This document shows positions 45,434-64,000 of a stretch of DNA of 64,000 nt, in pieces. The position numbers and the translations under genes are program-made. Every line of letters starts with the position of its first letter. Position 1 is the first letter of the stretch. Origin of the DNA: the human T2T-CHM13v2.0 reference genome, Homo sapiens. A model generated the notes under the pieces. It was not told where the DNA came from. It did no database searches and saw only the letters and a list, made by a program, of their open reading frames with translations. The stretch is taken from NCBI RefSeq assembly GCF_009914755.1, contig NC_060939.1; one strand, written 5' to 3'.

Positions 45434-46472
45434 TAGTTTCTTGCTGATTCTTTTATTAGTTGGGGTCTTTTCTTATTAATTTATGAGTTCTTTATACATT
45501 CTGATGACAGTTCTTTATCAGAACCATGTAGCAAATAGCTTCTCCCAGTCTTTACCTTAATAGGAGAGAAGCTCTTACTTTTAATGTAGTAAAATTTATC
45601 CAATTTTATGGTTGGTAACTTTTTGTGTCCTAATTAAAAATATTTTCCTTTCACAAATCATGAATACAGTCTTTAAAAAACTTGATTCCTTTGCTTTCAC
45701 ATGTAGACCTACAAAGCACCTGGAAACTGATACTTGCACGTACATATTAGCTAGAGGTCAAGTTTTTTCTTATATAAATGTACCATTATCCCAGAACTAT
45801 TCATTGCAACAGCTTTTCTGCATTTCTCTAGAGTGGCATTTGTGTAATAGATCGTATAGTTATATATAGGTCTGTTTGGGGAGTCTTTATTGTATTCTAT
45901 TTGTCTATCCTTGTACCAAATTCACACTGTTATAGTAGTTATATAGTTTCAAAAAAATCATGATATCTGGTAGAACACATTTCTGACAAACTTGTTCTCT
46001 TCTTCAAGATCATCTTGGCTACTCTTGACACTTTGCAATTACATTCAGATATTAGAATCAGCTTGTCAAGTTTTACAATGATATTTGCTGGGATTTTAAT
46101 ATGCAACTGCATCGAATCTATTTATTAGTTGGGGGGCGAATTAACATCCTGAAATGGACTGAATGTTTATGGCCCCCCAAAATTCACATGCTGAAATTCT
46201 AATCCCCAATATGATGGTTTTAGAAGGTGATTTGGGAGGGAATTAGGTCATGAGAATGAAGCCCTCATCAATGGGGTAAGTGCCTTTATAAAAGATACAT
46301 CAGATAGCTCTTTCACCGTACTTTCACCATCTGAGAATATCAGAAGTCAGTTGTCTGCACCCTGAAAGAGGGTCCTTACCAGAACCTGACTATGCTGGTC
46401 CCCTCCCTGATCTTGGACTTCCAGACTCCAGAAACTGTGAGAAATAAATATTTATTGTTTAAGCCTCCCCAT

Positions 46473-47531
<1,059 letters not shown>

Positions 47532-48689
47532 TGACTAAGACACATCCTACATACTCAATGTATAAATATGCTTATATCCCTCTATTTGTTTAGGTTTTTA
47601 ATTGCTCACAATAGTGATTTATAATTTTCTATGTAGAAGTCATGTGTATACTTCATATGTGATTCCAAATGGCACTTAAACATTTTGTGGTTGGTTGTTG
47701 AGATATATATATGTGTGTGTGTTTATATACTATATAGTTTATCTTATATTCAAAACCTCTCATGTGCTTATTAATTCTAACACTTTGTCTATAGATTATT
47801 TCAAATTTTGTGTGCATACAATATTATCTGTGAATAAGTTTTATTTTTTCCTTTCTAATTTCTACAACTTTAATCTTTTCTCTTAGATTATTGCACTGAT
47901 TAGGATCTTCATTCAACATAACAGTGATTAGAGATAATAATAGCAGCATTCTTCTCTTGTTCTCAATCTCAAAGAGAAGCTTTCAGTATTTCATCATTCA
48001 ACATAATGCTCAATTAGGTTGTTTTATGAATACATATTTATCAGATGCATTTATTCTAGTTTGGTAAAAGTATTTTTCCATTATTAATTCATGATGCATT
48101 TTATCCGATGTTTTTGGGGAGCATCAATTGAGATGATAATTTTTCCTCTTTACTCTGTTACCATGGTGAATTAAATTGCTTGATTTCTCAATATTAAACA
48201 AAACCATTGAGTTCCTGGAATTATAAAGCCAATTTAATCATGGTATATCATCTTTTTATATATTAGTTGAACCCAGGTTGCTAATATTTTGTTTAGGATT
48301 TTTGGATCTAAGCTTATGACTGAGAATCACCTGTAATTTTCCTTTGTTATGTGCCTTTATCAAATTTTATTATCAAGATTATTTGATCATCTTTCTTTTT
48401 TATTCTCGAGAAGAGTTTGTGTAAGTTTCATGTAATCTCTTCCTTAAATGATTGATGAATTTTTTAAGTGAAAGCTTTGGGTTTAGTTTGATTATGTTTA
48501 ATAATTTTAGAAAGATTCAGATATTCTATTTTTTTGTTAGTTTTGGTGAATTGAATATTTTTAGAAGAATGTTTCGATTTCATCTAAATTTTAAAATATG
48601 TTGGGTTAAAGGTTTTTAAAATCATCTTTTTAATCTTCTACAGGCTCTATAGTGATGTTCCATGGGTCCCTTCTTTCACCCTGATTTCT

Positions 48690-50270
48690 TTTTTTGTTTG
48701 TTTGTTTGAACCATTCCCACCTTCACCCCCTCCCCGCCTCCTGGCCCCACACTACCCTTAGAGCCTCTGGTAACCATCCTTCTACTCTCTATGTCCAGGA
48801 GTTCAACTGATTTCATTTTTAGATCCCACAAATAAGTGAGAACATGTGATATTTGTCTTTCTGTGCCTGGCATATTTCACTTGGAATAATGATCTCCATT
48901 CCATTCATGTTGTTGCAAATGACTGGATCTTGTCCTTTTGTATAGCTGAATAGTATTCCATCATGTATATGTACCACATTTTCTTTATCCCTTCATCTAT
49001 TGATAGACAATTAGGTTGTTTCTAAATCTTAGCTATTGTAAACAGGGCTGACAGTGCTGCAGCAAACACTAGAGTGAAGACAAACCTTCAACAAAACTGG
49101 TTTACTTTCTTTTCGGTATATACTCAACAGTGGGGTTGCTGGGTCATATAGCAGCTCAATTTTTAGTTTTTTAAAGAACTTGCAAACTGTTCTCCACAGT
49201 GGTTTTACTAATTTACATTCCCAACAACAGTGTACAAGTGTTTCCTTTTCTCCACATCCTCGCCAGCGTTTGTTATTGCCTGTCTTTTGGATATAAGCCA
49301 TTTTAACTTGGGTGAGATAATAGCTCATTGTAGTTTAGATTTGCATTTCTCTGATAATCAGTGATGTTGAGCACCTTTTTCATACGCCTGTTTGCCATTT
49401 GTATGTCTTCCTTTGAGAAATGTCTGTTCAATTTGCCCATTTTTGGATCAGATTATTATATTTTTTCCTATACAGTTGTTTGAGCTCCTCGTATATTCTG
49501 GTTATTAATCCCTTGTCAGAGAAGTAGTTTGCAAATATTTTCTCTCATCCTGTGGGTTGTTTCTTCACTTTGTTGGTTGTATCCTTTGCTGGGCAGAAGC
49601 TTTTTAACTTGATGTGATTCACTTACCCATGTTTGTTTTGGTTGCCTGTGCTTGTGGGATAATTCTCAAGAAGTCTTTGCCCAGACCAATGTCCTGAAGA
49701 TTTTCCCAAAAGTTTTCTTGTAATAGTTTCATGGTATGAGGCCTTAGATTTAAATCTTTCATTAATTTTGATTTGATTTTTGTATGTAGTAGGAGATGGG
49801 GGTCTAGTTTGCTTCTTTTGCTTACGGATATCCAGTTTTTCCAGCACCATTTATTGAAGAGACTATCTTTTCCCTAGTGTATGATCCTGGCACCTTTGTC
49901 AAAAATGAGTTCACTGTAGGTGTGTGGATTTGTTTCTGGGTTCTCTATTCTGTTCCACTGTTCATGTGTCTGTTTATATGCCAGTACCATGCTGTTTTGG
50001 TTACTATAGCTCTCTAGTATAATTTGAAGTCAGGTAATATATTCCTCCAGTTTTATTCTTTTTGCTTAGGATAGCTATGGCTATTCTGGGTCTTTTGTGG
50101 TTTTGTATAAATTTTAGGATTGTTTTTTCTATTTCTCTGAAGAATGTCATTGGTATTTTGATAGGAATTTCACTGAATCTGTAGATTGCTTTGGGTAGTC
50201 TGGACATTTCAACAATATTAATTCTTCCCTTTTATGAACATGAAATATTTTTCCATTTTTTTTGGTGTCT
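48690..50270 (-). mobile_element. L1MA-type 3' portion (ORF2 end and 3'UTR)
   Basis: gcctctggtaaccatccttctactctctat...gatcccacaaataagtgagaacatg; ORF remnants [19 protein letters not shown] and [16 protein letters not shown]. Confidence 0.9.
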
Positions 50271-51492
50271 TCTGTTCCTGCTTTCTGATATTCGTTCTCA
50301 TGCTCTCATTTGACTTAGTCTTGCCAACGGTTTAAAAACTTTATTAGACTTTAAAAAATCATCTTTTGGTGTTAATTCTGTTTTCTACTTTAATTATTTC
50401 ATTCTTCCCTTTCTTTTGATTCTACATGTTGTTATTTGTCTAATTTCTTTTTTCCCCCTAAGGTAGTTTTGTTATAGCATGCCTAATTTCTTGAGATTAA
50501 TATTTTGTCTTGTTTTGTAATTATACACTTAAGATTATAACTTCCCTGCTAAACACTGATTTTGCTCTATTACGCAAGTTTTTCCACGAAAAATATTATC
50601 TCTCAGCTCAAAATATTTTTAAATTTTCATTGCGATTTCTTTTTACCCACTGGTCATTTAGAAGAACGTTTCTTACTGTTTATAAATGTAGAAATTTTCT
50701 AGTTTAAAAAGCTATTTATCTCCATTTTAATTGCTTTGCTTTCACAGAACATATTTTATAGTTTCAGTTATTTTAAATTCGTTGAGACTTGCCTTACGAT
50801 CTAACACATAGTCAATTTTTGTAAACATTTGTATGTGCTTAAAGAGTTGTTGAGTGTTGTGTTCTATATATGTAGATTAGGTCGATTTATTAATCATGGT
50901 GTTCATGATCCTACTTCCTTCTAATTTCTCTCCGTGTGACCTGTCAGTTACTCCCACAGTGTTGGGTGGCTTTTTCTGTTTCTCCTTATAATTCTATTTT
51001 TCTATTAAATATTCAGAGACTATGCCATTACATAAATAAAAAATGAAATTGTTTTATCTTCCGAGTAAGTGAAGCCTTTTCTTAATGTGAAGTGTTCCTA
51101 TTAATGTAATGCTTTTTTTCTTAAAGTATACTTTAGTGAATATTAATGTAGCTATATCAATTTAGGGCAGGGCTTCAGGTGACAAATTTTCTCTTTTGTG
51201 TGTGTGTCATTTGAACACTGAATAAATCATATAATTATCTTCTGAATTTCATGCTTTCACTTGAGAAATCAGCTAATGATCTAGTTTTTGTAACTTTAAA
51301 TGGTATATTTATACACTTTTTATCCTTTCACTCTCACCCTTTCTGAATCTTTGTATATCCCATCAGTAGCTGTAAAGATTTTTGGTCTTCCCAAGAAATC
51401 CATTCTCACAGAATTTGTCTTTTAATTGGGGTATATAATTTATTTACTTTTAACATAATTACAAATATGAGTTTAAATCTACCATCCTACTA

Positions 51493-52317
51493 TAAGTTGA
51501 GTTTTTCTTATCCAAAATACTTGGGACTACAAGTTTTTCAGATTTCAAATGTTTTTGGATTTTGGAATATTTGCACATATATAATGAGATATCTTGGGGA
51601 TGAGACCCAAGTCTAAATGTGAAATTCATTTGTTTTATATATACCTTAAACACATAGCCTGAAGGTAATTGTATATATTTTAATAATTTTGTGCATGAAA
51701 CAAAGTTTATTTACACTGAACCATCAGAAAGCACAGGTGCCATTATTTCAGCCACCTGTATGGACAATCTGTCATTGTTTGGCATCACCATCTTTACTGA
51801 CTGAATTTATATGCAACCGAGAAGCAATCATTTTCTTACACTTACTCACACAAGTACCCAACAGTAAAAACTAGGAGGTACCATGAATCCAGTGAAAAAA
51901 TAATGTTCAGGGTAACTAAGCAGCACAGTAGCGTCACCAGAATACCTGTATCAGTTTTTAAACAATAGCAACCACAAAGAACGGCAAGTTTTCAATCTCT
52001 ACTTTTGATGTGTGTTTCGATGAAAAGGTTACTATACACTGAATTTTACCTTTCTAGATGAGAAGAAACATTAGAAGCAGTTGAGAGACGAGGAAGTGGG
52101 TCCTCCAGGAATGAGGAGGCATTCTGCTGCATGGCTATTTTTAAATGGCTGGAGGGTCTGTTTTCCCTTGGAAATCCTGAATAAACTGAGGTTGTGCGTC
52201 TGCATTTTGACTACAACCCATCACATGAGGTGGTGTGGAATTTTCCACATATAACATCATATCAGTGATCAAAAGTTTCAGATTTTGGAGCATTTCAGAT
52301 TAGGGATGCTCAACCTG
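51493..52317. mobile_element. Tigger4/MER46-like (TcMar-Tigger) internal-deletion derivative
   Basis: Terminal inverted ends aagttgagt...ttatccaaaat / gattagggatgctcaacctg with flanking TA. Confidence 0.8.
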
Positions 52318-52693
52318 TATAACAACTCTTTGATTTTAATGTCTTTTTTTCCCTGGATGCCTTTAAGATTTTATTTTTGTTTCTGTTTTCCTGAAGTTTA
52401 ATTAAGATGCATCTAGGAGTGAATTTCTTTTCCTTTATACTGCTTGGGTTTCCGGCAGCTTCCTGAATCTGTTGGCTGATGCTTTGCTTTAGTTTTGGAA
52501 CATTTTGCCATCAACCCTGCTAATATAGCTTTACTACTTCTGTTCTCACTGTATCCTCTACATTTCTTACCTTCTGTTCAATGTTTCATCTCTTTTGAGT
52601 TTCATTTTAGATTGTTTCTTCAGACCTGCTTTTCAGTTTACCAATTCTCTATTACTTTATTTCTAATTTGCTGTAACACCTATCCTGGGCATT

Positions 52694-52989
52694 TTTTTTT
52701 TTTTTTTGAGATGGAGTCTCGCTCTGTCACCCAGTCTGGAGCGCAGTGGCGCAATCTCGGCTCACTGCAAGCTCTGCCTCCTGGGTTCATGCCATTCTCC
52801 TGCCTCAGCCTCCCCAACAGCTGGGATTACAGATGCCTGCCAACACGCCCGGCTAATTTTTTTGTATTTTTAGTAGAGACGGGGTTTCACCGTGTTAGCC
52901 AGGATGGTCTCGATCTCCTGACCTCGTGATCCGCCCGCCTCGGCCTCCCAAAGTGCTGGAATTACAGGCGTGAGCCACCGTGCCTGGCC
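52694..52989 (-). mobile_element. AluY
   Basis: TSD atcctgggcatt at 52682-52693 and 52991-53002. Confidence 0.96.
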
Positions 52990-53374
52990 CATCCTGGGCA
53001 TTCTTAATTGGGATTACTGCATTTTTTTGGTTCTAGAATTTTTCTTTCTCCCAAATTTGCCCTGTAATCTTTTCATGGTTTTCAGTTCTTTGCCAAAATT
53101 TCCAATCTTTTCATTTTTTCTCCCTGAACATTGCAAGCTGATAGCTTCAATATGTCAAGCCTGTGCATGTTTTGTTCTATTGAGCATGTTTCCTACTAAT
53201 TCTCATTCATGATTGTTGTTTCCTTGTATGCTGGTTTATCCTTGTGTGACAGAAATTTTATTTGAAAAATTGGTTTGTTTGTACAGATGTAGGATGACAT
53301 TATATACCTCCAGAAAGGATTGTGCTGCTGTTGTTCCAGGCACTTGAGAGCACTAGCCATCTGGTATCGCCTTA

Positions 53375-53560
53375 TTTCAGGACTATTGAAATTTCTGTCT
53401 GATAATTGTTTATTGTGGAAGGGATGTCCTATGCCTTGTAGGAAGTTTAGGAGTTTCCCTGGCCTCTCCCCACTAGATGCTAACAGCATCCCTTCCCAGT
53501 CCTGACTATCAAAGATGTCTCTAGACATTGCCAAATGTCCCTGGTACTTGAGAACCACTC
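53375..53560 (-). mobile_element. MER20 (hAT-Charlie)
   Basis: cctggcctctccccactagatgc...tgtctctagacattgccaaatgtccc...ttgagaaccact. Confidence 0.85.
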
Positions 53561-54439
53561 CCTTAACCCAAAACAAGGTGATTTTATCAGGTTTAAACAT
53601 AATGGTGCCTGATCTCACTTTTGTACCTCTAACACATCAAAGTTTCCCAGCCGCTCAGTAATCTTTTTTAGAATCCCTGGGTGGAAAGCAATGCCAAATG
53701 TCATCTTTATCTCTTTGATCTTCTCTCAAATCTTAGTTCAGTAATTTTTACTTTGTAAAGTCTTTCAAGTAAATTTTTAAAAATTGTCTTTCTTTTTGCT
53801 CTCAGTGAGGAGACCCATATTACCTACCATGCCTCAACATAGGATGAATCTACATACACACATTACTGCTGCCTGGACAACACCCTGCCATATCCTTTGA
53901 TTTATCTGCAAATGTGGTTATAGGGCTTCCGTATTTACTGTCTGCTTCCCACATGGGTCATTATGCTGCTTGGAATAGGCTTTCTCTTTTTTGCCGTTCT
54001 TCAAGAGAAATGTCTAAAGAGCCAGTCTTCAGCTCTAAGTGTCAATGGCCTCTTCCCAAATAGAATGTGTTTAGTGTAAATGCCCATTCGTTTTTATTAG
54101 TGGTGTGTTTCCTCTTTGGTATATTGTAGGTCTTGAAGACAGGAGCTCATACGGTGCTTTCTACAATAGCTGCTTACAGAGCTTAAAAATCTTCTGGTCT
54201 AAACAGATGTGGAAATTGAAATGCAAAAAGTCCAAGTGAATAAATAAAGTACTGTTGTGGGCTAACTAGAACTGAAAGAATATCTCACCCCTAGAGGAAC
54301 GGGAAAGGCCAGAATGAATCAACTCACCTGCAGACTAAGTAATCGAGTGACAAGGTTTGGGTTCAGGAAATGAGACAGTAATTTCCAATTGTGAAGTTCA
54401 AAAGGGGATGGTCCCAGGAAAAACAGTATTGGCTGTTTG

Positions 54440-54768
54440 TGTAGAGCACCTCGGACATAACTAACTCCATCTTAGAAAAAGACTTTACTTTATATTTCAT
54501 AGGGCACTTTGCCAATAAGGATAACATGTTTTGTTTAATAAACATATAAAGAAATAAAGATTGCATCCAACCAGATAAGTTCACAAACAAGCACACTCTT
54601 CCACTATCAGTTTTCACCAGAGGACTCTGTGACCATAAAAAAATTAAGCCTTCAGGAGCTTCAAACAGCCATCTTAACTGACACAGTCTTGCAGTCACTT
54701 GTAATAAAAACTTGGTATCTACCACTGAAGGCTTTGCCACCTCAGAGGCTCTTCCTTGCAAGACCTAC
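54440..54768 (+). mobile_element. ERV1-type LTR 5' part, truncated by THE1
   Basis: tgtagagc start, aactccatcttaga and cagccatctt motifs; family not assigned. Confidence 0.5.
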
Positions 54769-55342
54769 TGTATTAGCCCATTTTCACGCTGCTGATAAAG
54801 ACATACCTGAGACTGAGACATACCTTACATTTCCACATGGCTGGTGCGGCCTCAGAATCACGGCGGGAGGTGAAAGGCACTGTTTACATGGTGGCAGCAA
54901 GAGAAAAAGGAGGAAGATCCAAAAGCAGAAACCCCTGATAAACCCACCAGATTTCGTGAGACTTACTCACTATCATGAGAATAGCACGGGAAAGACCGGC
55001 CCCCGTGATTCAGTTACCTCTCCCTGGGTCCCTCCCACAACACGTGTGAATTCTGGGAGACATAATTCAAGTTGAGATTTGGGTGGAGACGCAGCCAAAC
55101 CATATTATTCCACTCCTGGCCCCTCCAAATCTCATGTCCTCACATTTAAAAACCAGTCATGCCCTCCCAACAGTCCCCCAAAGTCTTAACTCATTTCGGC
55201 ATTAATCCAAAAGTCCACAGTCCAAAGTCTCATCTGAGACAAGGCAAGTCTATTCTGCTTATGAGCCTGTAAAATCAAAAGCAAGCTAGTTACATCCTAG
55301 ATACAATGGGGGTACAGATATTGGGTAAATACAGCCGTTCCA
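54769..55342 (-). mobile_element. THE1 (THE1A-like) LTR (54769-55107) plus truncated THE1-int (55108-55342)
   Basis: tgtattagcccattttcacgctgctgataaagacatacctgagactg...cagccaaaccatatta, then ttccactcctggcccctccaaatctcatgtcctcacattt. Confidence 0.9.
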
Positions 55343-55767
<425 letters not shown>

Positions 55768-55844
55768 CTAAAACCTAGATTTAGGACAAAAATTAGAACA
55801 AGGGAAGGAGGAGAAAGACTAGAGAGAAAAAACAGGGCAAGCTG

Positions 55845-56395
55845 CTGTAACAGATTGTATTTTCCAAAGATGGTCTCACCAATATACATCCCATCTTACA
55901 TGCTCTCACAATGTGGCATTGACATTCTTCCATCAAGAGGCAGAGTCTAGTTACCCACTTCCCCAGTCTGCACAGATCATTTATAAATAGCTCAATATGA
56001 AAGTGACTGGGTGTAGCTTCTGAGCTTTGGTCAGAAAGCACATTACATGTTTCACTTTGGACCACTCAAGACGCCCATGTGGAGAGGAACTGAGGCTTCC
56101 AGCTTAGAGCCAGCACCAACTTGCCAGCTGAGTCAGCTAACTAGAATGGGCATCTTCCAGTCCCACTCAAGCCATACAGATTTCAGATGATGACAGACTC
56201 ATATTAATAATTTTTTAGATGACAGATATGTTAATGAACATATCGCTACAACCTTATGAGACACTCCAAGTGATAACAGCCCAGCTGAGCCTTTCTCAAA
56301 TTCTTGATCAACAAAAGCCAAGAGAAGTAATATTGTTGCTTTAATACACTAAATTTTGGGGTATTTTGTTATACAGCAATTAATAACTAATATAG
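55845..56395 (+). mobile_element. MLT1G/H-like LTR
   Basis: tgtaacagattgtattttccaaagatgg...cactaaattttgggg..ttttgttatacagcaat. Confidence 0.8.
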
Positions 56396-56603
56396 TTATT
56401 TTCTCCTACAATTTATCATTGCACAATGATGGGCATGAAGCAAACATTACCTTCAGAAGATTTGGATTCAGTGGCATCTAATGTGCATGAAGGGCCAGTG
56501 GAGAACTTTAAATTAGTCTTTTATTTCCATAATGACAATCACAGCAAGGTGAAAGTGGGCAGCTGATCTGGGGGAGAATATTTAGCCTCAGGGATTTATA
56601 ACC

Positions 56604-56939
56604 TGTGCTATGGTTTGAATGTTTGTCCCTTCTAAAACTCATGTTAAAGTTTAATTGCCGTTGTAACAGTATTAAGATATGGGACCTTTAAGAGGTGATG
56701 AGGCTATGAGGGCTCCACTTTGATGGGTGGGATTAATGCTGTATGAAAAAAGCTAGGCCCCCCCTTGCCTCTGTGGCCTGACTTCTGCCGTCTGATGATG
56801 CACCAAGAAGGTCCTTGCCAGATGCTGGCACCATGATATTGGACTTCTCAGACTCTAGAATTGTTAGACAATGCATTTCTGTTTATAAATTGCCCATTCT
56901 CAGGTATTCTGTTACAGGAACACAAAACGTACTAAAACA
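56604..56939 (+). mobile_element. MSTD/MLT1A-like LTR
   Basis: tgctatggtttgaatgtttgtccc...aaaactcatgtt...ctcaggtattctgttac...actaaaaca. Confidence 0.8.
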
Positions 56940-58094
56940 GATGTTAGTTGGACCATCAGCTTCATAGACTATTTAAAGACTAGGCAAAAATGTATACTCA
57001 TTAGCTAAGCAAGGGAGGGTAAATCTTGGTTAGACCAGAGATGAGATTCTTCCTATGGTGTGCTGGTATTTTTTCCTGGGTCCTTATGACATCCAGGCCT
57101 CTACCCTCACATAGGTGTTGTAATTCAGAACACAAACCTAATAATGTTTCTCAAAAATGTTAGCGGCCTTTGGATTCTTCTTTTCAAAGAATAGTTCTTG
57201 AATATTTCTCCATGATAGAGTATTTTGAAGGAGAGAGCGGTCTAATTTGATGAATGAATCCATCAGTTGGAAGGGCTTTGGCCTTAGTGTCAAGAAATCT
57301 GGGTTCTAGTCTTGAAGTGTTCACCAACAGTAAGTGTGATTTTTAGCAATTCCCTTGAACTTCAGAAGTTTTACTGAGATATTTTCTCCAATGTCCAAAG
57401 ATTTTTGCAGCTCACTGACTATGATTTAGAAGATTGTGTAGTGGTGAAATGTCTTCCTAGATAATAACTATGTATGTTCATTAAACATTGCTATACATAA
57501 TAGGGTATATTGCAGCAAATATCTAGAACTGTAGCGTACGGCATTCAGGAACACCAAAGAAATGAATTAACTAAAAAGCACAATTACATTTGTATTTAAA
57601 TAGAAGACTGTTTTGCTTAAAGTGTTTTGATTTTATGTTTATAAAATACCTGCATGCTTCATATTATTCCTTGAAAAGAATGTGTACCTTGTGCTTAGTA
57701 AAAGAATCCATACAATTATGTTTCTATTCTGTTTCTCCAGTTTATTATTTTCAACCTATAGCCTGAAGTCACCAATCTCTTTGTGCCCCGTCCCTTGGGC
57801 AATGTATATTCAGGAAGTGTTGCTTTTGGGTAAGCCTTGTTGAGACAATGCCTGGCTGGTTTTGTCTGTTGGTTGTTAGCCTTGAATGTCTGGCCAAGTT
57901 GCCCACAGTTGATAGGGGAATAATGGGAGAAAAACGGAAATACCAACGATAGACTTCCTCAGACTCAGCTCTTGCAGCTCAGAATAGTGTACCTGAGTGG
58001 TAACGCAAGTTAGAAATGACTGGTGTTCTCCACATTACAGTACTACTGGGATATTGCTTTACACGCCTCCTGAAAACAAATCTGCATTGCACAC

Positions 58095-64000
<5,906 letters not shown>

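Noticed and set aside
53465-53490. CTCF-like motif in MER20 (ccactagatgctaa)
   Set aside because: Core GG is replaced; weak match with no supporting data

Overview
Human (primate) genomic DNA from the GREM1 locus (15q13.3). Contents: about 10 kb of repeat-rich upstream DNA; a CpG-island promoter with CCAAT and TATA-like boxes; non-coding exon 1 (about 10530-10687); a 12.5-kb intron holding a 5'-inverted L1PA; exon 2 with the complete 184-aa Gremlin-1 CDS (23217-23771) and a 3.4-kb 3'UTR; about 30 kb of TE-dense downstream DNA; and from about 58.1 kb a repeat-poor stretch that is most likely the convergent FMN1 3'UTR (from known gene order, not provable here). GREM1 is the only credible protein-coding gene. 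I cannot claim a proven new system. The best leads read directly from the sequence are: (1) several local copy-paste or fold-back scars between 17 and 41 kb (a templated insertion with template switches, an inversion with a 190-bp inverted duplication, a perfect 22-bp hairpin, local duplications), several of which would fold into dsRNA in a long GREM1 3'UTR; (2) an exact Smad GGCGCC-N5-GTCT composite element in intron 1; (3) an upstream ATG that becomes in frame with GREM1 only after splicing; (4) a GC-AG segment inside the CDS flanked by direct repeats. Repeat subfamily names and old-repeat boundaries are by eye and approximate.
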